In this document: piece by piece, positions 44,167-57,200 of the stretch | Numbering within the stretch: the first letter of the stretch is position 1 | Layout: the number at the start of each line of letters is the position of its first letter | DNA from: Chrysomallon squamiferum | Lineage: Eukaryota > Animalia > Mollusca | Length of the DNA: 64,000 nucleotides | NCBI GenBank assembly: GCA_012295275.1 | Contig: CM022673.1 | Location: 6,014,001-6,078,000, forward strand | Direction of reading: 5' to 3' | Made by a program: the position numbers and the translations under genes | The notes under the pieces: generated by a model | Seen by the model: the letters and a program-made list of their open reading frames with translations, nothing else | Database searches by the model: none | Told to the model about the DNA's origin: nothing

Positions 44167-45073
44167 AGCTGAAAATCATTTAATGCTTATAGTTTAATTT
44201 TCACATAGATTTTACGTTTTTGTTTATTTTATTTTTTTTTTTTTTTGTTTATTACTGTTACGTTTTATTTTATTTTAGATAAAATTAAAAGATATTTTAA
44301 ATCATTTAAATTTCATATTTGCAGTTTTAGATACAAATTAACAGATTTTTTAAATTTTATAGTTCTATAATGTGTTGATTTTCATCTTCTTTTTTTATTA
44401 AGTATTAATTATGTTTGATCCATTTAATTTTATATTTAGGTTTCTGTTTTTATTTCTCATATATGATATCATACATAAATTAATTTCCATCTTCAAATAA
44501 ACTCAAACTTTAATATCTTTCTTTTCAGCTGTTTTTCATCATATTCATTAAAGACATAAATTCTTAGGGTTTTCAAATTTATAATATATAAGCTTTAAGA
44601 TCAATACTTTCAGCTGTTTTATTTTTAATTTTTAATGTTGTTGTTTTTTTTTTTTTTTTTTATCACATTTCATATTATACACACATTTTGTTTTTTGTGG
44701 ATTTTCAAGTATTTAATATAAGCTAAGGTATCTGTACTTTAGTTGTTTTCCATCATGTTTAATTCCAGACATAGACTCTGTTGTTTTGTTTTTTCTTCGT
44801 CTGAGCACTTTGAACACAAACTGTGATGTCTGCCTCCACCTGATTTTTTCACCGGTAAACAAACTGAACATATTTTAACACTGGCTATCAAGTCATGTTT
44901 TTTAATTCAACATGCTGTTGTTTACAGAAACCAACAGAGAATAGAGACCCACCTGAAGATTTTACCTCATTTACATAAGATTTACACTAAGGAATGTCAG
45001 CAGGGGAGGTAATTACGACGATGCAATTTGCAGGTACTGATGAACAGTGTCAGATATCTTATCAAAATAGCTT

Positions 45074-45111
<38 letters not shown>

Positions 45112-46437
45112 GCTGTGAGAAAGAAAAATAAGATGTAAACATAGAAGGATGAAGGCATCCAGTGCATTCATGTTTGTGTTACAACAGCTGTTGTGAAAAG
45201 AAAGTTCTAGATTGAGAAAAAACAACTCATCCACATAATGAAAAAACAAACAAGACGGGAAGTAATAATAATTTTAGAAAAAACAAACATGCACAAAAAC
45301 ACACAATGATGTGTTTATTCAAACACGAGTTAACTGTGGAACAAAAATATTTTCTATCACCTTTCTTGCTTTCTCAGTCACACACACACACACACATCTA
45401 TTCATACATAACTAAACTGTAGTGTGTTATATGAGTATTTCTATCTCAGTAAATTCAGACATAATTATAAACACACATATTCAGACATAATTAGATTTAG
45501 TTATTTGTGTGCATATACAACATTCACAAACATATATATATATACACATACATAAACAGAGGTTACACACAAAACACACACACATACACATACAAATACA
45601 GTCAAACAGCCATGTTTAAGAACATACACACAATTCACTTTTACAAAAACATACAAACACAAAAAAAAACCATATACATACACACAAAACACCAGTACAC
45701 AGTCATACACAGGCACCTATAACAATCACACACATACAGACATACATATTCAATGCCCCTTTTTTTCCCATGCACAAACTGACTGTTCCTCATCCCCTGT
45801 ACAAAGACTCATTGCTGCCCTAGCACCCCTGATACACACAACACACACGCACAAGATTTTAACAGCCCAGGTTCATTATTTGTCATTCTGACTGAAATGA
45901 GACGGATTCACAAATTGGCCAATCTCGTGACCATTTTCAGTACATGATTGGTCATCCATGAGGGTGACCATCAATTTGATAGCAGTTGGTTAATTCTTCA
46001 CTCAAGGTCATTAATTACAGAAATTGTATACCAGTAATGGCCTCCAATAAATGTTTTTAATTGATGGATTGTCAGTTGTCATGGGAGATGAGATTTGTTT
46101 TGGAAAAGAAAGTGTGTGTGTGTGTTTTTTTTTGTGTTTTTTTTGGTGGGGTGAAGATTCTTAATAGAGTTGTTTGTTTTTTTGATAGTAGAAGAATGGT
46201 TTGAATGGAAGGGAAGAAAGGCTGGGTTCCAATCTGTTCACAGGAGGTTTAAAAACTAAATTCTTTGTTCCATTTGTTTGTCTGTGTTTATGACTGTTTG
46301 TTCTGTTTGTGTGTGTGTGTGTGTGACATTTTGTGATAATTTATACAAGTAATCTCCCCTGTTGCAAAAATTAAATTATCTACCTTATTTATTTACTATG
46401 TCCCTGTATATTTATTACTTCCATTGCTGCTAAAAAG

Positions 46438-46468
<31 letters not shown>

Positions 46469-47387
46469 AACAGTAAGAAGGAGAAGAAAATTTAAAAAAA
46501 TAAAATAAAATAAATGAAATGAAATATAATTCCTGCAGAAAAATTAATTGCAATTAAAATTATGTTATTTATTACAATCTGATAAAAATAAATAAAAATA
46601 AAAACACCTCTTTTCATCTTTCAAATAAAAATTTAAAAAAATGAAATAAAATATAAAAATGTTATGTCTTCATAGCCCTGCAATAATTATCTGCAGCCTC
46701 ATTGGATTCATCTTCATTCTCTGACAAATGTCATATTGATCTGTATAATTTCTGATATAAAAAATAAAGTGAAAAATGACATTTTGCAAAAAAAAAAAAA
46801 AAATGAAATATTTTAAAATATAAAATGTGCACAGATTTTTTTGACAGTTATTTGACAGTAACATTCAATAAAAATTTTAAAAATCTTAAAATTTAGAAAT
46901 ATGTAGAATATTTTTGACAGTAAAAAAAATAGTTTAAATGTAAAATTTGACAGAAAAAAAAAAAATTAATTTTTAAATATGTACAAATTCTTTACCACTT
47001 AAAAAATATGGGAAATAAAAGTTACATCAAGAAATTGAAAAATGGTTTTAAAATATAAACCTTCATTCCTTCATTAAACAAATTATTTTTTGAGTTCTGA
47101 AGATTGTATTTTATTGATGTGAGGGGTATGTATATCAATACACCTTAAACGGTAGCCATGACAACAGAATAGAACAGATTTTTAAATTAGATACTTCTTT
47201 CTAATCATGACATGTATATTTCTCAGCCAAAATATTTTCTGTTCTTTGATAATTTAAAAATGAACAATTTTTTTAATGTAAATATGTTGTATATAAATTA
47301 AAGTTGATAAAAATCATTATTATTAATTGTGGGGTTTTTTTAATGAATTTTAAAGACCACAAAAATTGTAGTTTTCAGATTCACAAC

Positions 47388-47449
<62 letters not shown>

Positions 47450-48109
47450 CACACAGTCACACACACACAGACAAACAGACAGAGAGACTGAAACACACAC
47501 ACACAAACTTCCACTTTATACTTCCATAACCTATAAAACTTAATTAATTTTTTTTTTTTTTAAGTCAGTAACATTTCTTTTTAACTGAAACAAAAGAAAA
47601 AGAAGAAAAAAGTGAAGAAGAATACTTTAAGATGAGTTTTTAAATGAAATAAAATGTCAAGGTTGAATATTTTTTAATCAAAACTAACATTTTAATTAGT
47701 GCTACTTCAAATAGTCTACCTTTATCTGTTAATACTTTTCTCTGCAAATTACTTTTCATCTCTACTTTCAACATGAAATTTTCATTTCACTTGAAAATAT
47801 TATGTTTTGGAAACCATTTATAATCTGATTTTGTAATTAGGGATTTTTTTTTTTTTTTTTTTTGTTAATTTTCAATTTTTTACAAATTTTTTTTTTTTGA
47901 TTTGTTATTTTTGTTAAATGGACAGAAAATGAAAGAACATAATTTTTCAGTTTTTTGCTAAGTCAGCAAAATTTTACTGATTCTTCTATCTTTCAGATTA
48001 TTCATAGTAATATATTTTATACACTGAGGTAACTGGTCTTTGCCCATATTATATTACAAGAAAAGAAGAGACATTTGATCCACTAATGCAACTGTAATCT
48101 GTTAATGAT

Positions 48110-48380
48110 ACTTGATCATGCATATTGCTAAAGACTGCACAGATAACAAGAGAGGAAACCTGGTCCTCCAATGAATGGCTATTCTTTTTCAAATAGCAGT
48201 AGGTGATCTTTTATATGCAACCTTTCCATAGACAGAACAACACATATGGCACCTTTTGCTAAAGTAATCATGGAGCAGTGGTTGGGTTGTGAAATAGCTA
48301 AAATAACAGAGTGAAGAAGAGTGATCCAGCGGCTCTCTGGGTCTCATTCATGTATTCTAACCACTGAGCTATAGCTTGTT
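48110..48380 (-). mobile_element. Degenerate tRNA-derived SINE (molluscan, Nin-domain-like)
   Basis: The minus strand begins TAGCTCAGTGGTTAGA (Pol III A-box, 48371). The + strand body cacagataacaagagaggaaacc...ggctattctttttcaaatagcagtaggtgatcttttatatgcaac...catagacagaacaacacat resembles, from memory, an abundant gastropod SINE. Boundaries are approximate. Confidence 0.7.
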
Positions 48381-48833
48381 CTTATTAAAATAACATGTAC
48401 AAACCGTTGTTATTATTTGGAAAACAGTATATTCTGTTATGGTCTTTGTTTTTTTCTTATTGGCATTTTTATATAAGAGTTTTTTCTTGAAAGAGAAACA
48501 GGAAATTTTTGGAATTAGTCAAATAATATAAGCAAACCATTATGATTATCTAGAAAACAGTATACTCAGTTATAATCTTAGTTATTGTCATTGATTTGTA
48601 TTTATTTGGAAAGAAGCTTATAAGACTTCTTTCTTTTTTTATAATTAAAAAAAAAAAAAATTGACATTAAGCAAAATACTCAATTCAAATCATGTAAAGA
48701 AAGAAAAGGAATTTAAAATAAAACTCTAAAAGAAAAAAACTCAAAAAAAAAAAATAAACAAGAATGAAAGAAATAGTAAATCTTTATCACTGACAAAATA
48801 TTATCTTCAGCTATTATCTTTTTCTTCTTCTTT

Positions 48834-48872
<39 letters not shown>

Positions 48873-50214
48873 TTTTTTTTTATGTTAAGCCTGTATGTAA
48901 GAATATAAAAATTAAAAAAAAAAAAATTCTGACATTACAAAAGTTCATTACCCAAATAAATCATCAAGTAACAGCCAAACTGACATTAACTATCATTTCC
49001 TTTTAGAAAGCAGTACGGTGGAATTTGTTCATGAAGAAACATGTCTGCAATTAGCAAAATGTAACTCAAGTGAGAATTCTTTGCACATTTTTGAGAAAAT
49101 GATGTAAAATTAGATGCAATCAACACAAAGCAATCTGTAGGAATTGCAGAGAAAGACAGAAAGAAAGTTATAGTTAATGTCTTCCATTATAAGAGAAGCT
49201 CCTCATTAGTTTATTCTTCTTATTATTATTATTACTACTAGTACTGCTACAACTGTTGTTATTACTGTTATTATTATTATTGTTGTTGTTGTTGTTGATG
49301 TTGTCGTTGTCATCATTATTATTATCATCATCGTCATCATTATATTATTAGTTTTACAGGAAAGTAGTATAAATTAAAAAAAAAATTAAAAAGTAAGAAA
49401 CAAAATACCCAGTTTATATTAGTAAAGTTCTTCTATGATATAGTACACTAACATCAATTGTGATGAGGTCATTAAAAAATAAAAATTAAAGGAAAAAGGA
49501 ATAAAAAGGATGTAATAAGTACATAAAAGTAAAAATGGGAAAAGTAAAAACTAAAAGTTAAAAATCAAGGACTTTAAATCATTAAGGAAGTGCTATATTG
49601 ACATAAACCTTGAAAAGCTGTATTATGAAAGAAAGAATGTAAAAAATGAAAGAAAGAAAAATCCAGGATGAATAAAAGAGAGACTAATGTTAGAACTGGA
49701 CAATTGATATGAGCCACTAACACTTATATAAAGAAAGAAAAAGAAAGAAAATGAAAACGATAGAAAGAAAGAAACACTGGATGAATAAAATAACACTAGA
49801 ACTGAACACCTGTTAACCACCAAGGAACAGCCATATTGAAATCAACTATGAAGAGGTGTTTTAAGAAAGACAGGAATAAAAAAAAGTGAAATATTAAAGG
49901 TGAACATATTTAAATCATACAAAAATTAGCCAAACTGACATCAGTTATAAAGAGCTGTGCAAAAAAAAAAAAAAAAAAAAAAAAAAAATGAAAAGAAGTA
50001 AAATAAAAAAAGAAAGTGAAAATGAAAAAAGCAAAAATGAAAGAAAGTCAGAAGTAATGGAAAAATAAAAGAGAAAGTCATCACAGTTGAACACTTGTAA
50101 ATCATCCAGGAACTGCCATATTGTCACCCGACATGAAGAGCTGAGTAAATAAAGAAGTACTTGATAATAAAACTAATATGTCTGTCCTTGCTTGTGGCAA
50201 GGAGCCCGGCTTGG

Positions 50215-50640
50215 ACTCACAGTGAACCTTGCATCTGAACTTTCAGTGCAATACAAACAAGAGTTCTCGCAAGGCAGACCACTCCGTGGTTTAATTTACA
50301 TCCTTGTTTGCTCTGTGGATGTACCCACGAACGCAGCAAAAAGAAGTCGAAGCATAGTCGGATGGTTTGACAAGAGTGTTTGTGAAGAGAATATTAGTTA
50401 TCTCCAGCTATGCACTTCATCAATCACCCACTGACAGAACTTCAATCTGAGCTGGCATTCCGTCCAGTAAGATCAAAGCTAATTTGTGTAGCAATTGGCC
50501 AGAACAACCAATCAGACGGGACAAGACTTGGTTAACAACAAAATGGCTGACACACAAGCTTTGTTAACAAATTGAAAATTAATCAAGAGGGTTTGAAGAT
50601 GTTAGCGGTCAGAGGTGGGTGGGGCACTCATGTTGGGTGT
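50215..50640 (-). promoter_or_regulatory. Candidate internal promoter and non-coding first exon in intron 2
   Basis: GC/CpG-elevated island with aaccaatcag (CCAAT, about 50506), caaaatggctg (YY1-like, about 50539) and ggtgggtggggc (GC/GT box, about 50614); downstream minus-strand donor CACT|gtgagt at 50220. Confidence 0.35.
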
Positions 50641-52360
50641 GTAATCACAAGCGTAGTTGTGTGGTAAACTAATGTTTGTGTAAATAAAACCTTTTTGTTG
50701 TTTTGTCTGTCTGCATATACGTACATATGTGTTTTGCATATGTACATACTGTACATATTCACATGTGCATGTTTATGAGTGTATATATACAGTTATATGT
50801 ATGTGTGTTTATGTGTGTGTTTAAATGTGTTTCATGGCTTAAACAACTTGTTTCTAGATTTTCTTGTTATTTAACTCTTCTGATTAATCAGTTTTCTTTA
50901 ATAATTTAATACATGTATGAGAAAAAAACTAAAAAGATAGATAGCTAGATAGATAGATAGATAAAACCAATATAAAAATGTGTTAACTGATTTGGCAAAT
51001 GGATGAAAGCATATCCTTTAATGAATATTCAGTGCATTAATATCAAATAAAATTACACACAAAATGGTAGGCATGGTAACTATGTGTTTGATTGATATCT
51101 TTTGTGACAAATAGTTTCCAAAATTATCTCACACTTAAATCACTGGTCTGGTTCAGTTGATGAGGCTATGAGTGTTGAAGACAATTTTTATATAATCTGA
51201 TTATTATATTGCAGAAATTTGATTGGGGGGAGTGTTTTGTTTTTTTCTTAATAATAATAATAATAACAATAACAACAACAGTAATAATAACAATAATAAA
51301 ATGTTGGTACTCTTCTGTAAGTAAAAGCAGTGTTAAAAATATTTTTGCTCACCTACATTTTAAATGCAACTGTTGGATACAAAAACAGATATTTTGAGTT
51401 GGCACTGAAAAATGCATTCATAATAATATTATCTTGAAATTTATCAGAGAAACATATACACAAATACCTTATCCAACAGTTCAAATAGATAAAAAAAAAA
51501 AATGCTAAAGAAGCATTAGAACGACTTGTGATCCATGTAGTGAAGAATTTAGTTACATTTGCTCAGAATTTCCCATTACCAGTATTCATCCATGCATATC
51601 GTTGCATACACACACGTTATAGAGATGGGAATGGTATCCAAATAAAGCTCATGACATGATATTCTCAAAATGTGACTTAATACTAGATTTGGTGTGTTGA
51701 GTCACAGATAATCTCAGAAAGTTGACCTGAAGCAGGAGAGTTATTATTTTCTATAAAAAACAAATTACAGGGAAAAAAAATGGAGACCTAACAAAATGTT
51801 GCTGCCCCATTACACAATTTGTTTACACATGAAGGACTTTTATCCTTTTTCTTTTTCATTTAAAAAACTGACATAATAATTTCTTTCTTTCTTTCTTTAT
51901 TATTATTATTATTATTATTATTAATTTTATATGAACAGTAATAAAACAAACAAAAAGCACTCTGTTGAAAAAATATATATATATAATTTCTTATCCTTTT
52001 TTTTAAGCATATTTGAAATGATGTGTAAAATATGCCTGCAACAACAACAAAAGAAAGAAAAAAAAGAAAAAAAAAAAAATTAATAATAATAATAAATGTA
52101 TTTTCAGTATAAACTGATTCTCTTTTTCATTACTTTTTTATCCTTTGGACTATGTCTTGCATGAAATATGATTTATTCTTTTAATTTTCCTTTTTATATT
52201 CCACCTCATTTTATAGTTTTTATCCTTTTTTTTTTTTTTTTTCATTTCCTTTATACTTTTTTTACTACCTGAACTAATTTGTCTTCTTTTAAAAAAAGAG
52301 TTCATCGTCTTTTACTTCCTATCACCTGCTAATGCCTGCTTAAATAAATTTGCAGACTAG

Positions 52361-52403
<43 letters not shown>

Positions 52404-52740
52404 CACAAAACTCCCTCCAACAATAACAACAACAAAACAATAAAAAAAAAAAAAAAAAAAAAAAAAAGTCGTCTTTTGATTTAAACGAAAATGGTGGAGG
52501 TAGTCTACTGAGTTTATTACTGCAAATTTGCAGTCAATTTGTCAAGGTTTGCTTCTTCAATTTGTTGCTGCTACCAGTCAATATCTTTGTGGAAACTCTT
52601 ATAATGACATCCAGAACACAACAATCAATAAAAAAGAAAAAAAAAAGAGAAAGTTTGAGGAGTGATGTAGACAGGTTATCTAAAAATGGGTCTGGGAAGA
52701 ATTGAAAATGAGTCTGTTGTCAATAGTTGTTACTGGCTCA

Positions 52741-53122
52741 AACCAAGAAAGAGAAAAATCTAGTCACCGCAATTCTAGAACCAGGAATGAGAAAGTCTAG
52801 TCAACACAAGTCTAGAACCAGGAAAGAGAAAATCTAGAACCAGGAAATAGAAAATCTAGTCACCATAACTCTAGAACCAGGAAAGAGAAAATCTAGTTCA
52901 ACACAAATCTAGAACCAGGAAAGAGAAAATCTAGTCAACACAAGTCTAGAACCCATCAAACAAGTCTAGAACCAGGAAAAGAAAAAAGACTAGTCTGACC
53001 AGGAAAGAGAAAACAAATCAAATAGGACCAGGAAAGAAAAAATCTAGTTGACACAAATCTAGGACCAGGAAAGAGAAAGTCTAGTCACCATAAATCTTGA
53101 ACCAGAAAAGAGAAAGTCTATA
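52741..53122. repeat. About 37-bp minisatellite
   Basis: Unit tctagaaccaggaaagagaaaatctagtcaacacaag (starts at 52774 and 52811), with partial units. Confidence 0.9.
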
Positions 53123-53449
53123 GCCATAATAAAGAAAACTTTGTTGCCATAAATCCAAACATTGTTAATTTATGAAATAATAAAAAAGAATATTTTCAAT
53201 ATTACTGCAATGACTTTACATCATTATGACATAAAAAAAAAAAAAAAAAAATTATTGTTATTTCGTTGGATTTGAGTTATTATTTTCTCAAAATTCACAG
53301 AGCGAGAGAGAGAGAGAGCAATGACATGTTACATTATACAGAAAGTTTTATGTCAAAGGTTACATGTAGCAAAGATATGAGAATGTGAGAATTTCATCAA
53401 AAATCATTAATGTATCAGAGAATGTGTAAGAAAGAATAAATGAATTAAG

Positions 53450-53570
53450 GAAGAAAGAAAGGAACGATGAAATGGAGAAATGTTTTATTTAAAGATACAT
53501 TCAATATATTTTTAGTTCACAGTTAAATGCCATCGTTTATATGATAAAGGAACATACAGATAAAGAGGCA
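53450..53570 (-). mobile_element. 3' tail fragment of the same SINE family
   Basis: gaaatgttttatttaaagatacattcaatatattttt...tatatgataaaggaacatacagataaagagg, preceded by (gaa/gaaa)-type repeats; its end resembles the cacagataacaagagagg segment of the 48 kb copy. Confidence 0.5.
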
Positions 53571-53591
53571 AAGTGCATTAACAATATGTGG

Positions 53592-53998
53592 CATCCTAAG
53601 TAAAAAAATGTATCTACAAAATTGTAAAAACTTGCCATCCTTAATGTAAATAATATACAGAAAATATAACTGCTTGTAATTTTTAATGTATAAGACATCT
53701 ACAAAATGTAACCACTTTCTATCCTTAATGTAAAATGTATCTACAAAACGTAACCACTTCTCATCCTTAATGTAAAATGTATCTACAAAACGTAACCACT
53801 TCTCATCCTTAATGTAAAATGTATCTACAAAATATAACCACTTTCCATCCTTAATGTAAAATGTATCTACAAAACGTAACCACTTCCCATCCTTAATGTA
53901 AAATGTATCTACAAAACGTAACCACTTTCTCATCCTTAATGTAAAATATATCTACAAAACTTAACCACTTCTCATCCTTAATGTAAAATGTATCTACA
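53592..53998. repeat. 42-bp minisatellite, about 9-10 copies
   Basis: Unit atccttaatgtaaaatgtatctacaaaacgtaaccacttctc, degenerating leftwards; explains the [14 protein letters not shown] repeats in the ORF track. Confidence 0.95.
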
Positions 53999-54062
53999 CG
54001 GACTGCAAACACATCTCGTCCTCCATGCAAAAAGTAGATCTGCGTGATGTGATGCCACTTAC

Positions 54063-54293
54063 CATCTTTCTTGTAGTAAAGAATTTCTATCTGTTTCTCC
54101 TCTGAACCTTGCAAGGCTTCTTTGATCTGAAGTATTGCATATGCGTTTGTGAGCGGCCCATGAAGGAAGTCACACAGCGAAGACTTGGAGATGACCTCTG
54201 CTCTAGAGTATCCGGTGAGCTCGCAGAATCCATCGTTGCAGAAAATGATGGGGACCGTTTCCACCTGAGCATTGGCGATGATGAATTTCCGAT
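54063..54293 (-). CDS. KCNH2: ERG-family K+ channel, PAS (eag) domain exon, equivalent to hERG exon 2
   Basis: Acceptor ttttcag|ATCGG and donor AAAGATG|gtaagt; 231 nt, phase 1-1. Encodes [77 protein letters not shown], collinear with h[36 protein letters not shown]...CDFLHGP...VEIAFYRKDG. The symbol means co-ortholog of KCNH2/6/7. Confidence 0.97.
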
Positions 54294-57200
54294 CTGAAAA
54301 CAAAAATTAACATCATTGTAAAAGATGCTGTTTTATGTTATTATTATTATTTGTTATATATATGTATATATTATATTAGTATTATTTCACATATTAGATG
54401 TTATCTAATATATTCAAATTATAAGAAATATATATATATAGGCAGATACACAGTGAGTCAGAGATTGTGTTAAAGATAGAAAAATCAATGTAGGAACTAT
54501 TGTCCATGTTAAGGAATATATATATATATGGATGTACAGATGAATGGATAAATGGAAGAAAGGAAAGGGGAGATATATATAAGTGTGTATTTGTTTTTGT
54601 ACATGTATGTATCTATGTAAATGGATGTCCTGAATCAATGTCAATAGAAATAGGTATGTATATATCCAAATGAATGGATTTCAAACACATATGCAAACAG
54701 ATATCAAAGATTTAAGAAAGCACAATGCTATTTAACAACATCTATTCAGATCTAGTATTTGTTTGTTTTTTTCAAAATCTATTTCAAACTTACAAGAGAG
54801 GACCTTCCATGTTTTTATTTTATGTACTGAAAACTGGAGACACTATTCTACATTTCAACCATTCTTCCTCTTCACTTTCTGTTCTTCTTATTACACATTA
54901 ATACCAATTATTACACAAACATGCAGTATTGAAATTATCAACCTCGTTTCATAAATTATGTATGTCACACACAGCTCCGACAAAAATAATCTTCATATCT
55001 CTATATATAACCACCAACCAATTATCAGTATTATTTTCAGCACACAATGAAAACATCATCTTCACCTAAACTCTAGCACTATTTGCCAAGATATTCCCAA
55101 AACAGGTATAATTTCCCCAGTGCACTCTAGAGTAATCTCCCCTTAATCCTATTTGTCCAAATAAATTGCTGTCAAAATTGAGCAGAAACCAGAAGATCAT
55201 TCAGATAGGTCTGGGGTCAGTCCGACAGCAACGCTTGGCCTAATGAAGCTGATTGTGGTCAGAATTGCTGAGAGAAATATTAGAGGAGAATTGTTTGGAG
55301 CACTGGGAAGAAAATGATGAGAGATTATTTTAACCCTTTCTTCAGTGGTGATGAGCTTCTATACTGAAACCTTTCCTTGTCCATGTCCTTGTTTATCAAA
55401 CGTTGTGGTGTGTAATGTTATGTTTGTGGGTAAAGGTGGCTTATAATTAATTAAACAATCATGATTTGTTTTCTGGAATATCTGTACAAATAAGAATTCA
55501 ACCTCTCTTGGTATGTGTTTTTGAGCATTTTTTAAAGACAGTCTTAAGTAATAATAACAAATATGAAAATAGCATCAACAATCATAAAAATAACAACAAA
55601 AAACTGCAAATGCTAAACAGCTTTGTGATGAAAGATTTTCTCAGACTATAAATTTAAACTTCAATATAAATAAATAAAATAATCCTTTTAAATAGCCAGT
55701 GTAAGATGTCAGCACTGTTTTTTAATTGCTTTTGATATAAAAATTAAATTAATAAAATAATAATAAGAAGAAGAAGAAGAAGAAGAAAAAAAAAAAAAAG
55801 AACTACAGCAAATAAAAAAATTAAGATTGTGAAATGACAGCACCATTCTTATTGGCTAAGACTAACAGAACTAAAACAAAAACCTTGAAGAAACCTTCAC
55901 ATTTAAAGAAAAAAAGACTCCACAAACAACAAAGATATCAAATTACACTTTGCCTGTTTTCTGTAAAACTCTAATCACACGAACATGTCTGTAAGTGGAA
56001 ATAAAAACTGAGTGGTCCTCAAGGACTTTGTCTGTAGTGACGGCAACAGTAACAACAATTGTTACTTTAATGGCACGGGATTAAGGAGGGATAATCTTCA
56101 GGATCTCTTTAATACAGAAAAGGACAGAAAGACACTTTAGAGGATTTGCAGTCCCGGGAGTTGCTGATGCTATTTTTAGAGTATTGTTATTCATGTAATA
56201 ATAAAAATGAGAGATTTAATCAAATATTTTGGAAATAATTATTCAATAAATCAGTCTAATTTTTTTTGAAAAAAAGTAGTAGTATTAGTAGAAGTAATAG
56301 AAGCAGTATTTGTAGTAGTAACAGTAGTAGTAGAAACAGTAGTAGCAGTAATAATAGTAGTACTAGAGGTGAAATAGTAGTAAAACTAGTAGTAGCAGTA
56401 GTAATAGTAGTTGAAATAGAAGTAGTAGTAGAAGTAGTAGTAATAGTAGTAGAAGTAGTAGCAGTAGTAGCAGTACTAGTAATAACTATACCAACACTGA
56501 AAATAAATAATAAAACTGATTAGACTGAGCAATTTATCTGACAGTTGCAATGTCACTGATTTATCAAGATCTTTTCTCTAGAAGGAATGAAAAGAAAATG
56601 TAAAAAAAAATTAAAAAGTGAGCCTGCATGCATCTTCAGGATTTCACACATCATACTTTATTAGCATCAAAGATTGGTAGCAGGTAACAAATCAGACCAT
56701 TCATTGAAATGTACTGAAGCTAACTGTTCAAACAAAATATATAACTGACATGTAACGAAGTATTTAGTTTAAGCTTATTTTCTCCTATCTAAGAGACACC
56801 TACAAAATTATTTTATGTGAGAAACAGTGGAAGTTACAGTGTACAAACACCATGGGTTAATTACCAGAAGAGATATCAATAACAGATACCTCAAAGTGAG
56901 ACTTTTATTTAATTAACAGAACCAGTTATGGCCGCCATGGAATTCAAATATAACTTTCAAATCATCAAGGGAGGTAAGTGAATTAACAAGTTCGTGATAA
57001 GGGCAACACAGTGCAGAAAAATTGAAATAGTTTAGATTATTACCACTACTAAAAGTAATTAATTTTTTGCAATGTGTTGAGTTTAAACAAATTATAAACT
57101 AATAAAATAAAAGATATTAATAATCTTTAAAGACAGATTTATTTTATAGGTCTTGAGAAATATATCAAAATAACCATAAACAAATTAATGTCATGAAACA

